DNA of 64,000 bases from Chiloscyllium plagiosum. Its lineage: Eukaryota. A program made the position numbers and the translations under genes. The notes under the pieces were generated by a model. That model ran no database searches, was not told the DNA's origin, and saw only the letters and a list, made by a program, of their open reading frames with translations. Shown here piece by piece: positions 1 through 13,330 of this stretch. The stretch lies in contig NC_057760.1 of the NCBI RefSeq assembly GCF_004010195.1, positions 2,694,647 to 2,758,646 of the forward strand, in the 5' to 3' direction. Within the stretch, counting starts at the first letter, position 1. Every line of letters begins with the position of its first letter.

Positions 1-603
1 GTATGTTCTACAGCCAAAATCTGGATAACCAACCTGGTGATTTTGGTGATTTTGCAAATGCTTTGTTGACTGAAAAACCACAGGACAAAGCTGCTTAGTC
101 TTGTGTCATCTGTTTATCTCTGATAACAAACATCTCCCTCATGGAACCGCAGTCTTTCATGTAATCTACTTTGTTAATGATTCTCTCGCTGACACAGTAA
201 CCACATAACACACCCCTCACTATTTCACAGTCCTATGCACCACAATCTCAAAGTACATGTTTCTGACTCCTCTGAAGTGCAAACTGCAAAACAAAAGTTA
301 GTATGAGCGTTGCAATCAGCTCAAACAAGTCCTAGCACTGTATCTGTTCCAATGAGCCCCATCCCTATTAATAATTCATTCAAATTCTTCTAACAGAGGG
401 GCTTTTAATGAATCAAAATGTCTGTTAAACTGGGAGAGCCCATTGCAATGTTAGTTTATTGTTTGTGCTTCAGTAAAAAATAACAGTTGATCAATCACTG
501 TAATCTCAGCAGTCTTGTGACCATGTAGCTTTCTTAGAGTGAGTCCTCTACTTCAGTCAGATGCTCATCAAATCTTTTTTCTTGGATGGGGGGTGTTGGG
601 GAA

Positions 604-725
604 TAAAAACCAAAATAACTGTGGATGCTGTAAATCAGAAACAGAAGTCACTGAAAAAGCTCAGCAGGTCAGGAAGCATTTGTGAAATCAGCGTTAGCGT
701 TTCTGGTCCGGTGACTCCTTAGGAG
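604..725 (-). mobile_element. Penelope-like element terminal (pLTR) fragment
   Basis: Resembles other Penelope tails in the window (ctgaaaaagctcagcaggtcaggaagcat...gcgtttctggtccggtgac). Confidence 0.5.
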
Positions 726-1011
726 GACGATGTTGGACAATATTCAGGTCTCACTGGTACAATTTTTTTCTCTAGACCATGACGTTTACTTTTTATATTT
801 TACGTTGAAAATCAAGCCTACTTGTGGATGTTTACCATTGAGTGGACTGTGCCACTTCACTCCATGAAGATCAGATGACTTGTAAACTCCACTTCAGTTG
901 ATTGTGAGCTGTTGCATTCCAATTGCCAATGCTTGCTCCCCAGTCTGTGGCTTACTTTATTTCAGGTGAGGCATTAGTTGAATACTTCAACTTCAGCAGC
1001 TGATCTCTGCT

Positions 1012-1364
1012 GTAGTGGCACACTGGCTAGCAGTGCTGCATCATAGCATCAGAGTCCCAAGTTTGATTCAGGCAACTGTCTGTGTGAAGCTTGCACGTTC
1101 TCCCCATGTCTGCTCCAGTTTCCTCTGGATGCTGCAGTTTCCTTCCACTGTTCAAAGGTGTGCATGTTAGATGGATTGGCCATGCTAAATTGCCCCATAG
1201 TGTTTAGGGGCGTGCAGGCTTAGGTGGATTAGCCATGGGAAATGCAGGGTAGGGTAATCGGTCTGGTTCTGCTACAGACGGGTCCAGATGCTTTTCGGTG
1301 GTTTGGTGTGGATTTGATGAGCTGAATAGCCAGTTCCACACTGTAGGGATTCTATTCTGTTCTG
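1012..1364 (+). mobile_element. tRNA-derived V-SINE (HE1-like)
   Basis: Degenerate tRNA-like head, central ...ttgcacgttctccccatgtctgc...ggattggccatgctaaattg, CR1-like tail. Similar to several other copies in the window. Confidence 0.75.
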
Positions 1365-2099
1365 TAAAATATAGTGGTCGACTGTAGTGTAGCGGGGTCT
1401 GACTGGGTGCATCCTCATGATTATACTCCAGTGGGGTTTCTTTTCTGCTGTAAGAGTCTGTGTACATAGCTATCAGCTTAAGACAGGATTGGACACCTCG
1501 TGTGACAGTATAGCCTGGTGGCACATGGTATCCAGACATGGATGAGGCGAAGCTATGCTGCCCATTCTGAGGATGCGTGGAGAGATTTGACACTATCCAG
1601 GGGAAGGAGAGGAAATGAAGATTAACTTTGAGATTTGCTGTGAGCTTTCAATTGTTGAAAGAAATATTTCTTGGCAGTTTTTACCTTAAAATCTCTAACC
1701 AATGTTATGTGTTTGCTACTGTGAAGGTTTTATAGCTTGGTTAACTATTTATGTCTTTTAAAATAAAATGTTTCTGCTACTGGAAATAATTTTAAGTCTT
1801 CAGGCATCCAGATGCTTGTGGGCTTGGTCTTCAGGCTGCTTTTCACCTCTGGAAGGTTTCTGTCAACTATGTCATGTTTTAGATAGTAAGCAGCAGCGTA
1901 GCAAGGCGCAGCTGTTTCTGCAGAGTGCAGGGGAGAGAAAGAGAATACATTTTATGTCCTGACAGTTTTCTGTTTCACGAGACTATGGTGCGGGTAAAAC
2001 AGAATGGCAGCAGGGCAGTAATATCGATTTCCTTTCCAACAATGGATGTTCACCCAGATCAGATGGTATGAGTGAGCAGGAAGAATATACATTCATCTA

Positions 2100-2460
2100 C
2101 ACACTGCCTTCGCACAAAGTACTTGTAGCCACTAAATTACTTCTGAAGTGTCATGAATGTTACGTGGGCAAATAAGGAATCTCAATTGTACCCAACTGGA
2201 TCCCACAAACATAAGTTTGAGTTGTGATACTTGATAGTTTACCAATAGAACTCAGTGTTGCTCTTCAAAACATTACACAGGATTTTTGTAATCCATCACA
2301 GCAGGCAAAATGAGCCCTGCCTTGAAGTTTTTTTTTTAAAAGCAACATCTCCAACAGTGCAGTACTCCCTTCATACTGCACTTGAGTGCCTGCCTGGATA
2401 ATGGGTTCAAGCCCTGGGCTGTGGCACAGACCCATAAGACTGCTATTCATTGTTTCATAG
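2100..2460 (-). mobile_element. Old SINE, possibly Deu-domain (SacSINE1-like)
   Basis: Degenerate ...ctccaacagtgcagtactccc...ctgcacttgagtg motif. Similar remnants at about 20220-20580 (+) and 23490-23870 (-). Confidence 0.4.
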
Positions 2461-3714
2461 TGGGTGAAAAGTGGTATTTTGTAGAAGAAGCTATCTTATA
2501 TCAGAGTTGACTGTACACTGGAGCAGGAGGAGGCTCTTGAGCCTGTACTGCAATTCACTTAGATTATGGCTCATCTGTATCCTAAGCTATCATGATTTAA
2601 TCTTGGGGCGATGCTGTAAAATACCAAAAGAGTGAGACAGTGCAGGCTTCCAGGCAGCTGTCACTTTTACAATACTATCCTAACTTCACCCATGTTGCAG
2701 CATCTTTACTGCTCATAGCAGAACAGAAATGAAATGTTAAATGAACATCAAACTATAATCTCCAGACTACATAAAGCAGTCTGGCAGAGAGTTCTAGGCA
2801 GTAATTCAGCCTGAGCTCTGCTGACATTTGTAACTGGCTTTGCACTTCATGACATCATCAGAACTGCCTGCTTGAATTCCAACCTTGTTATTCACTGCCT
2901 TGCTCATATTTTTGATTTATAACGAAGCTGAAATGTGAAGTAGAGAGAATGCCATTTGAGGAAGAAAAGGAGTTCCATGTCAATCTCTGTCTTAATGTGT
3001 ACCTGCCACCCGACTACATTAGTGTTGTGTTTTTCTTGGTCGTATTTCCAATAGTTGGTCATTGAAATTGCAATATTTAGAGAAGTAAAGCAAATTGGCA
3101 CATATGCTCAACCGTCTGAAGGTACCTGGAACCCTGCCTGAAACAAGTCAGTGTAAACATGTGATTATAGTAATGCCAGGTTCACAGGCTGTAATTGGCT
3201 AATGATAATCTTTTAACTTACTCATTACTGAAGTGCCACCGGAGAAGTAAACATTCTTTAAGCTTGTAAACTCTTTGTATATTTTCCCACAGATCATTTC
3301 CAAAGGCCTTCCTTTTTTTTAAAAAAGAAACTGTTTTCTTGTGACACATGGCTTGCATGGACAAGATTGGACTCTTATTGTTCTATTTTGTTTAGTGGCC
3401 CCTGCTGGCAAATGCCTCTGTCCCTCCTTTGGTGAGGCCATCATCACATTGATGTTGACTTTGATACTTTGGCCATCACACAGCATGCTGGTAACAGAGA
3501 CCTCCCAGAGACCGGAGCAGAGAACAGGTGCTTTGAGACAGGGATAGGCAAAAAAACAGCTGAAGCTTTTACGTTTCTGTCAAGTATGGGGTTCACAGCA
3601 ATAGCAAAAATGAGAATTTCACATGGAGGTGAATTCTTTCTCGAAGACTTGTGTAACAATCATTCTTATATATATTTAGAAAATTTACTGTGTCCGTCTG
3701 TCAGCAACTGTTTT

Positions 3715-4565
3715 TTATTTTATTCATTAAAAGGTGTGGGATTTTCTGACTAGTCCAGCATGAATTGTCCACCTTGAGAAGGTGATGGTAAGCTGTTGTC
3801 TTGAACTGCTGTAGCCCATCTCGTGCAGGTGCGCACATAGTGCTGATCAGAAGGAAAACCCAGGGTTTATGAGCCAGCAATACTGGAGGAACAGACCAGT
3901 TCCTGAGTCGGGGAGGTGTGTTGTTTGGATGGGAACTTGCAAGTGATGCATCTGCTACTGTTGCTCTTAGAGGTGACGGAAGCTGATTTGGAAGGTGTTG
4001 TCAAAGAAGTGAGCTACCATCTTGTAAGTTGTACACATTGCTGTCGCTGTGGGTCACTGCTGGAGAGTCCGTGTCAAAGGTGGTGGATAGGGTGTCCCGT
4101 GAAGTGAGCTGCCTTTTTTTCAAAATTGTGTTTGTAGGATACGGACCTCGCTGGCTAGACCAGCATTTATTGCCTATCCCTAATTGTTCTAGAGGGCTAT
4201 GAAAAGTCAACCTCCTGGCTTTCAGGTCTGGACTAAGATCAGGCAAGGATCGGGGCTTTCCTTTCCTGAACCAGATGTGTTTTGTTTTGAGAATCGATGA
4301 CAATGATCATTAATAAACTCTCAAATCCAGATTTTTATTGAATTCAAACTCCTCCATCTGGTTTAGAGGGTTTGAACTTGGGTTGCCAGAACAGTACCTG
4401 AGTCTGTAAATCAATATTGTCGAGAGAATGCCACAAGGCCATCACCTCCCCTTTCCTGGAATGGTGTTGGGAGCTTCACCCATCCAGGCAAGTGGAGAGT
4501 ATTCCATAGTTATCCCTGACTTAACTCCTGTACATGGTGGACAGGCTCGGGGGGAGTTGGGAGGT
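3715..4565 (-). mobile_element. Degenerate LINE 3' end with a nested SINE-like element (about 4125-4452)
   Basis: Tail ccagcat...ccttgagaaggtgatggtaagctg...ttgaactgctg matches the LINE tail at 11760-11900. The inner element resembles 47990-48500. Confidence 0.5.
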
Positions 4566-6206
4566 GAGTTAATACAGATAGTAAATGGTGACATCAGAAT
4601 ACAGTCATTTGAAAAACCATCTTACCTGCCAAATGATCAGGTAATATTGAGATGCAATTGGCGATGTGGAGAAAGGGTTAGCATTGCTAACAGAAAAAGC
4701 TGGCAGCATGAGTGGAGAGTGGAACATGCTGATAAGGCTAATGGTCCTTTGTTATTATTGATAATGTTGGTTTTAACCAGTCTATTCTGTCAGATTCCAT
4801 AGCACAAAACCCAGTTTTTCTCTCTTTCATATTGATAATGTGCGTACACTCAGTAAATTAGTGGGTTTTGTGGCCAATTGACCATATTATAAATCGCAGA
4901 GATATAAATAGAATGGCAAAAATGTTAGCCAGTCGTCCTCTTCATCTGGTAAAGATGTTCAGTAATTCTCAATCTGAAAAGACAGAGTCACCCCTCCTTA
5001 GTATAAAGTGACAACATTTATTCAGACATAATAACTCTACACCGCCACATCACACGCTGTACCTCCATTTAATAAATTCATATAGACTAACAACATTTGA
5101 CTCAGCACTCAATCACTTATCAACAATTTAAAATGCTTGGCCAATGGAGCAATTTATGAGTTGGTAACTGGTATTCCAAATGAAAAATTAGTTTCCACTT
5201 CTTTCTTAAAAGTGCAACCATAGTCTCGTGGTGGCAACATTATCAGTAAATAACTTATAACTGGGCAATGATTATTCTTTCTGTTGATCATTCTCTATGC
5301 GTTTATCTCACTCTGTGTCTGTCAATTCACAATGGTCTGTCGTTTATAAACAGGTTAGCTTCCCCTCTGTGCCTTCTCTCTTTCTGTGCATGCATGTCTA
5401 TCTTTTTGGGTTGGTTTCTTCCTCCTCCCCCTTGTCCTTTTTTTAACTTGGAAATTGTGTATCTCTTACTCTGTTGATCTCTTCTCACCCATTCACTTTT
5501 CGTGAGTATACGTTGATTTCTTGCCCTCCCCCCACCCAAAAACTTTTTTCACTGGAAATATGAGCAGGAACAGTGTGGGAAATTGCCATTGTTCAGGAAG
5601 CCAGTATGACCTTTTGCTCAGTGAAAACTGCTGTTTGATTTTGTCAAGTTGTAATCTGCATTTGCCTGACTCCATCTGAACATTTATAGCAGCTGGAATA
5701 CTTAAGGGGTGATGATGTCGGGGTCCCAGGTGTCTTGCCTCTGTTCCCAGGCAGCAGGATTTATCTGCAGTTGTGTTGCTGAAACAGTCCTGCTGAACTC
5801 CTTCCTGGATCCAAGTGTAAAATTCCAAAACACCAGGTCATTTCCCTTTTACTCTGTTGTGTAAAGTTCCTGTTGCAGCTCTACATGTTCTCTCTGTCAC
5901 TGAGCAGACCTTAGTCTTTACCTCACATTAATTAGTGAAGCACTGCACAAATACTTCATGAATTTTGTTTAGGCTTTCAAGCAAGTATTTACTCCATTGA
6001 AGTAGCAATGCTACATACGCAGCACGAAATGGCATAAGCGTGTGTCATTCTGATACAGTAGCAGCGTCCTTCACCATTTCCTTGTCTTCCTCAGTAGCAC
6101 CCCACACTGTATAACCTAATACTGGAGTAGTGCAGAAGCAGAGTTATTAATGGTTTATACTGCAGATACACAGTTTGCATACTAATAAGATTCTCTTCCT
6201 TTTCAG

Positions 6207-6909
6207 GAACAGGATCAGTGTCACGAGGTACAAAGTTAGGAAGTCCAGTGGAGGAAGCTATTGAAAATGTAATTCAGCGTATAACGCAAGATGGATCACA
6301 ACAAATGGCTATAGAGAAGACAATAGAAGATGTTATAGCCAGTGTAACAGTTACTCAGCCTGACAGTCCTTTAAGTCCCACCTCTTGCAAAAGTTACAGT
6401 CAGGAAAGGTGCCAGAACAAACGGGCAGAAACACCTCCCACTCAAACTGTTGTTTCTCCAAATGATCATCTCGAGAATAGCCAGGTATCTACAGACAAAC
6501 AGAATCTGAATGCTGGCCATCGACTGAAGAAGGGCAGAATAGAAGCCATTCAATGCCAGGCAAGGAGAATGTGCAATTTTGACAAAATCTTAGCCACCAA
6601 GAAGAACCTGGACCATGTCAATAAGATTCTGAAAGCAAAGAAACTGCAGAGGCAGTCACGGACAGGGAACAACATTGTGAAACGCAAGCGAGGCAGACCC
6701 AGGAAACGGGATTTGAGTCTCTCTCAGATCTGTGCCTCGTTGCCTCCTAAAGAAGATGAAACACTTCCTCAGGAACAGAGGGATAGTGGCGAGAAGAACA
6801 AGGAGTCTGACACAATCATGGATGTTATTGAATCAGTGCTGCAAAGTGTGAACCAGCAGCAATCAGAACATAGGAAGGGTGTGAAACGGAAAAGGCACTT
6901 GGAAGAAGA
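6207..6909 (+). CDS. ASH1L: ASH1L coding exon (large pre-SET exon with AT-hook)
   Basis: Acceptor ttttcag|GA, donor GA|gtaagt. Encodes QARRMCNFDKILATKKNLDHVNKILKAKKLQRQSRTGNN and the AT-hook KRGRPRK, recognised as ASH1L. Confidence 0.93.
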
Positions 6910-8099
6910 GTAAGTACCTGCATTGCTCCCTTCCTTCTGTTCCTGTCCTATTGACTCTTTGTTCCATCGTCCGAAGGCAACACAATAAGGAGAGTGACCC
7001 GAGCTGGAATTTAAATAATTCTCCATGTTCTCTCATCACACACATTTGTATAAGCACACAGTTATCCAAGGTGACACTTGCATTGTTTTAGACCAGCAGT
7101 GCAAATCATGAGTCAAGATAGAGTATAAAATTAATTAATAACCACATTAACTATGTTTAATATAGTAAGTTACTTAAAAAAATAACAAAATTTTTTGTTG
7201 TGTGTTGCCCACTTGGGGCCTAGAGGGTGGATTGGTCCATGGATATCACTCTGCTTTGACTGCAAGGGAGGCTGCTGATGGCTTCCTTGTTTTCCTGGAT
7301 GGGTTGTTGTGTCATTGTGAGACATTGTTTTGATTGACCAACCAATACAGCTTGCCAATACAGGGCACCTAAGTTAAGACTGAAATTGGAAGTCAAGTCA
7401 AATCTCTTTAAGTTGTAAACTTTTCACTGTACTCATGTGATAATAAACCTAATTTTAATCTCACAGTAGTTAGCCCAACCAATTCCTCTTTAGAGCTGCA
7501 AGTGTAGGCTGGCATTAGACCAGGAATGTCTGGATTGGAGCCCCTCAAGTTCTGGCAATCTGTTGCTTTCAATTTCAAACCTAGTTGCACTTGTATTTAA
7601 ATTCACAAGTCAGTCTAGACTTTTGGAGAAAACTGTCCTTAACATTGCTGCTTCAGTGGTGGCAAATCCGCAATCAAATCACAATTTGTTAGTATTTGCA
7701 ATCTGAGATATCTGAAAATTAAAACGATGTAAATTTGAATGTTATTGATACTTTTGGAGCTCTCGATCCATGAAGAATGATGTTGGGAGTCTGCATGCTA
7801 TAGATATATTTTCAAATCTAGTTTAGTGAGCTCAACCAAATGGCCACTTTGTTTGAGGGGGAAAAAGTCAGATTGGATTCTTAACTCTGTTTCTCTCAGA
7901 TTCTTCCAGATCTGCTAGTTTCTCCAGTACTTTCTGTATTTGTTTTGTTTTGAGAGAACTTGTTGCAATGGGGCAGTTCTTCAACTGCTCTTTCAATTAA
8001 CAATAGCTGTAAACATCTTAACATTACATGAAGTGTGCATACGCTGGTCATGGCAGAGAGTAATGTTAAACCGCTGCATTTTTATTCACTGCCAACCAG

Positions 8100-8279
8100 C
8101 TCCCCAGAATTGTCTTCAGAATTAGCTGCCGCATCGAAGACTGGAGGGAAGACAGCATCGCCAGATACCATAACACCACCTCCACAGCCAACCATCCAGA
8201 GGGAAAAGAAGGCCCCACGCCCTCCGAAGAAAAAGTACCAGAAAGCAGGACTGTACTCTGATGTCTATAAGGTTCCCGA
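8100..8279 (+). CDS. ASH1L: ASH1L coding exon
   Basis: Acceptor accag|C (phase 2, fits previous donor), donor GA|gtgagt. Encodes [24 protein letters not shown]. Confidence 0.9.
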
Positions 8280-9524
8280 GTGAGTAAATTGTGAGAAATA
8301 TTATCATCACTGTGTGGGGCTTTAGTCTTTCTTTCAGTTAAATTTTCTTTGAATTCCAAAAGGTTTGTTTCTTGATACAAAAGTAATGTTTTAGTGGAAA
8401 CCATAAACAGAAGTGATTGCTAATTTAAATAAGATGCAAGTATATTGCATTAAACAGAAGGTGTTTCAGCTGAAAGGTTGTGCTTTACATATTGTGGTTG
8501 AGATTGGTTGGAGACTGTTTGTTGAAACTGAATTCTTATTGTTCTTTATCGCAATTAGGAGTCTGTCTTTTGTTTCATGGCAGACACTGGCAAGCTTGTT
8601 GAATATTTTCCTGTTCTCAAGTTTTATTTTCCGTCTCACTATATCTCTATTGCTGACATGCTAACTGCTTCCCCCACTGGCTGCAAATATCCTCACTTTG
8701 TTGCGGGGTGTCAGCTTTTGTGTTTAAAGATTGTAACTGACCTTACCACCTATTTATTTCCCAAGTGGGACAGTAGTAAGGCAGTTAGTCAGCCCACTCC
8801 AAGTCAGCTGCATTTTCCACCCAGCCACCGGCTGTTGGCTATATGGAAACAGGCACCGCTGAAGGGCCAGCCACCTTATCTGTTTGCTTCCTTAATTTTT
8901 GAAGAGAGCCATGATTTTCCATTGTGCTGAGGAACACTCTTGGGGAAACTGTAGATTGGAACTAACTACCATTCTGCTTGCGTTCTGTGCTACACGGCTC
9001 TGTGCAGATTGTTGATTGTGTGTGTCTGCAGTATTAATATTTCAGTGTAAATCCCTGGTTAAGATTCTCCTCTTGCAGCAAAAAAGAGTTGGGTGCCCAC
9101 TTTCACACTGGATTCTGTATAATTCTTTGAGGCTAGCACCTTCTCAGAAAGAGCATCTGGGGTTTTGTTGTACAACTTAACCCCCATGGTAGAAGCTTTT
9201 CAGGGCTACTTTTGGCCTGTGATTTCTTGCTTTGATTCCCACATGCTAACACTTGTCTATTATCAATTAGGCTGAGCTATAGTCTTCATATGTTGCCTCC
9301 TTCCCTCCCTGTTAAGGTCTTGCAAGATCCAATTAGGGAAAATCAGATACTGCCCGAGTAGTAATATAGTGTACTTGCAACAGTGTCACCTTTGCAGTGT
9401 TAAAACTTTACTGTTTTAACACTGCAATATATTAATCTTCAGTCAGAAGTTAAAAAGACCAATTTCTCGCCAAATTCTATCAAGTCTCAGCTTTGGTGCT
9501 ACCTCCAGCTGCTGTCTGCTTCAG

Positions 9525-9926
9525 ACCAAAGTAGACAAGCAGGAGGCTGGAGGAACACAGCAAGCCAGACAGCATCAGGAGGTGGAGAAGTCGGCGTTTC
9601 AAGTATAACCCATATTCAGGAATGAAAGTGGGGATAGGAGGAGCTGCAGATTGGGGCAAGGGGCGAAGGGGGGTTTTTGGTAGGGAGAGGGGCGGAATCA
9701 TGAGGTAGTAATACGTGAACACAATTTGTGGCTGCGACCTGTTTGGTAGCTGAAAGGAAGGGTCAGTAGATGGGATAGAAGGGCTGGAAAGGACATCGGC
9801 GGGGGGGGTGGGTGGGAAGGTTATTTGAAACTAGAGAACTGTACGTAGAGTCCTCCGAGCTGTAGGCTGCCCAGGCAGAAGATGAGGTGGTGTTCCTCGA
9901 ATCTGTGGTCCGATTCACTGTGGCAT
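9525..9926 (-). mobile_element. Penelope-like element 3' fragment
   Basis: Minus strand encodes a GIY-YIG C-terminus-like FEEHHLIFCLGSLQLGGLYVQFSSFK*, then a C-rich UTR and pLTR tail. Confidence 0.75.
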
Positions 9927-10136
9927 CCTGTGGAAGATGCTTTTAACCATCCCTGCCACAGAGATGCTGGCTAGGTTCGCATGTGGAGCTGTGAAGAAGT
10001 GAAGGGCTAGTCTCTACCACAGCCAGTTTCTATTTTCCCTACAATGGTTGAAGTGGAAGCAACCAGAATTGACATTGTCAGCATTCCTCGGATTAAATCT
10101 GGCAGCCCTATGTGCTGTTCAGTGGGTGGATTTGCT

Positions 10137-10155
10137 TCACCACCAGGGGGTGCCA
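10137..10155 (+). promoter_or_regulatory. Candidate CTCF-binding site
   Basis: TCACCACCAGGGGGTGCCA closely matches the CTCF core CCACCAGGGGGCGC. Motif only, no binding data. Confidence 0.5.
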
Positions 10156-12029
10156 TTGCTTTTACACTGGGCAGCTTGACATCATAGTGTGGGTCATGCT
10201 GTACACCAGCTCTATAATTCTGAACAGGGCATTTCAACAAGTGTTAATCGGGTACAGTCAGTTAGAATGTTTGACTAGAGAGCTGCAGACCATAGGGTGG
10301 CTGCCATGATTGTCACCCTTGCCAGAATGCCTCTTGTGTAACAGCAGCAGTAGCATTGTCCTCCCTGTAAGAGTATAGTGTTAAAGGCCACACGACCATA
10401 CATCATTGGCCTCAATGCACAGGCTTTTCACTTTGATGAACAGACTTGTATCATCATATCCTACATCTCCAAAACATCGCAAAGCCTCCCAGATTGTAAA
10501 CTGAGAGGACTATAGTGACAGCGATCCGAGCAAATGCGAATGGGAACAGCAAAGTGTCAGCAGTATCACTGACCAGTTGTTATGTGTTTTAATGGTGTTG
10601 ACTGAAGGAGGAGTCATAGTTAGAACCCCTAAGTTTATCCAAAGTAAGACCGTTGACAATCCAGCATTGCTCAGTACCACACTGAAATGAGCAGCAACTG
10701 TGCTCCAGATTTTGGAGCAGCCGTATGACTCAGCTGATGAGAGCATTCCAATGGAGCCAAGCTGACAATTTTAACATAGTCTTTGGATTAGGATTTCTTC
10801 TGGCACTGTCATTCCTGTTTGATCCTGATTTCTGCTTTTCATGAGTAAAAGTAGAGTTGCTGGTTATGTGGCTCTGGCTGTAGACTTTTCTCATGTGATG
10901 ACGAAATGCATAATATATGAATGACTGAAGAGCTTAGCAACTTTTAGTGACATGGGTGACACTGGCCAGTATTGGAATTTCTCAATTAGCTGGCTGGAGT
11001 GGTTGCTTTCTCTTGTCATATTACTTGGAACCTGACCTCTGTCTGGTTGCAATGAGAAAAATAATTGCTCCGGCTGTAACATGCTAAAGGAGTCATAAGT
11101 GTGAAGTATTTCGGAGACAAGTTCTTCTCAAGACTTGCCTTCCATTAATCTTTGGGGAAAAAAATTCCTTTTTGCTATAGTGGTGCTATGAAGATCACTT
11201 GCTCTGGAAGGGGAAGAGAGGGCATAGTGAGCAAGTGGGAGTTGATCTCCAAGTTGGAAGGAAAAGGTGAACCAATGTCCTGTGAATCACCACCTAATGG
11301 CATTATCAAAGCCTGCAATAGCAAAAGAATGACATTGGTGCCCAGTGCCCCTTCCTAGAAGATAGTAAGACATCAGGCGATGTTTGTCTGCAAGTGTTTA
11401 ACAGCATGAGCTTGATGCTTGGGGGGCAGTTAGCATTTGATCTAGAAATGGCATGCGATCACACATGTGATTTCAATTAATTTTTTTTTCAGTCAGATAG
11501 ACTGGTGAATGTTTTAAAATATCTAGACATAGAGCACAGACTTTTCTCATGTTAAATTTAGTTATTTCTTCAGACACATTCCCACTTGGTTTATACGTGC
11601 TCTAGTACACAAAGATCCTTAGACAAAAAGTTCCAAACTCATGACCACTGCCTTCCAGAAGGACATGGATACATGGGAAATCAACCACTTAAGAGGATTC
11701 TCCCCTCCTCCCCAAACTACTTACTGTCCTGAGGAGAACATTGATCCATTTGGGACAAGATTGTGGAATTCCCTCCAAACAGCTTTGTGGTTCCACCTAC
11801 ACAAATTGGCCTGCAGCAGTTCAAGAAGGAAGCTTACCACCACTATCTTGGAACAGGTATTAAATGCTGGCCAGCCAGAGATGCCACAAGTAAATAAGAC
11901 AAAATGTCAGTACATACGTCACTTGTTCTCTTAAGAAATTACCCTTGGGTGCTCGATAATTGTAACTAGTGGCATCCGGCCCATTGGCATGCAAGTCTGT
12001 GTCTCTTCCCCTTTGTCCCAACGCATGGA

Positions 12030-13330
12030 AAACTGATTAATGGAGTGCCACAAGGACCAGTGCTGGACTGTCAACTATTTATAATTTCTATTAATAAATC
12101 GAATCAAGGAATGGAATATATTATAGTCACTTTTTCTAACTATATAAAGATAGGTAGGGAAGTAAGTTATGAGGAGGACTTGGTTTGGATAATGGGCAAA
12201 AAGTTGGCGTATGAAGTTTGTGGGGAAAATGAGATAATGGATTTTGGCAACAAAAGAATGGAAAACAAAATATGATTTGAATAGAGAGAGAGTCTGCTGT
12301 TTGTTGCATTACTGAGGGATCTGGGTGTCCTTGGACATGAATAACAAAAAAAAGATTAGAATGCAGTTACAGCAAGTAATTAGGAAGATAAATGAATGGT
12401 AGCCTTTATTTATCACAGTTGAATGGAGTTTTAATGTTGGGAGGGGGGTCTTGCTCCAGTTGAACAAGCATTGATGAGAGCACATGTACATGAATGTGTA
12501 TAGTTTTGGTGTCCTTACTTAAAGAGGGATGTACCTATTGTGAAAATCATTTGGACTGTTTTGGCCTTTATTCATTGAACTTGTAAGAAAATCATCTTAC
12601 ATTCTTGTCATGTGTCAGAGACTGAGGAGGCTTGGCAGTATACGTACTTACAGAATGTTTCCTCTCATGGGGAATCCAGAACTGGGCACTCTGCTTAAAA
12701 ATAAGAAATCTCCTATTTAACATGGAGAATCAGGAACAATTTCTTCTCTTTGGGTTCTTTACCAGAGAGCAATGGAAGGTGAATCTGAATCCGAGAACTC
12801 CGCCCTGAAGAGCGCCCCAAGGCCTACAGCAGTTTCTGAAGGCAACTCAACATAATGTTCACCTGATATGGAAATGTGTTGCTGGAAAAGCGCAGCAGGT
12901 CAGGCAGCATCTAGGGAACAGGAGAATCGACGTTTCGGGCATTAGCCCTTCTTCAGGCTAATGCCCGAAACGTCGATTCTCCTGTTCCCTAGATGCTGCC
13001 TGACCTGCTGCGCTTTTCCAGCAACACATTTCCATCTCTGATCTCCAGCATCTGCAGACCTCACTTTCTCCATAATGTTCACCTGGGCAATTAAAGATGG
13101 ACAATAAATGTCAACCGAGCCAGAGAAAGCCACATCATGCAAATTCATTTTAAAATATATTTCAAGAAAGAAGTAAACAAATTTTTGATCTACAAGTGAG
13201 TTGAGGGGTATTTGGGATGGGGGAGGAGATGCAGGAAAGTGTTGAGGCCATGATTGGATCAGCCACAGTCTTGTTGAATGACAGAGTCGATGTAAAGGTC
13301 TGAATCACCTACTAATCATTTCCTGTGCTC
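12030..13330 (+). mobile_element. Degenerate CR1 LINE 3' part interrupted by nested elements (about 12790-13150)
   Basis: GVPQGPVL RT motif and CR1 3' ORF2/UTR remnants on both sides of the nested inserts. Confidence 0.7.
12866..13070. mobile_element. Short Penelope-derived insertion with perfect 80-bp inverted repeat
   Basis: 15-bp TSD cataatgttcacctg at 12851-12865 and 13071-13085. Arms at 12868-12947 and 12956-13035. Confidence 0.9.

Noticed and set aside
1..6206. Additional upstream ASH1L exon or promoter
   Set aside because: No recognisable ASH1L peptide or CpG island. A divergent small exon cannot be fully excluded by eye.
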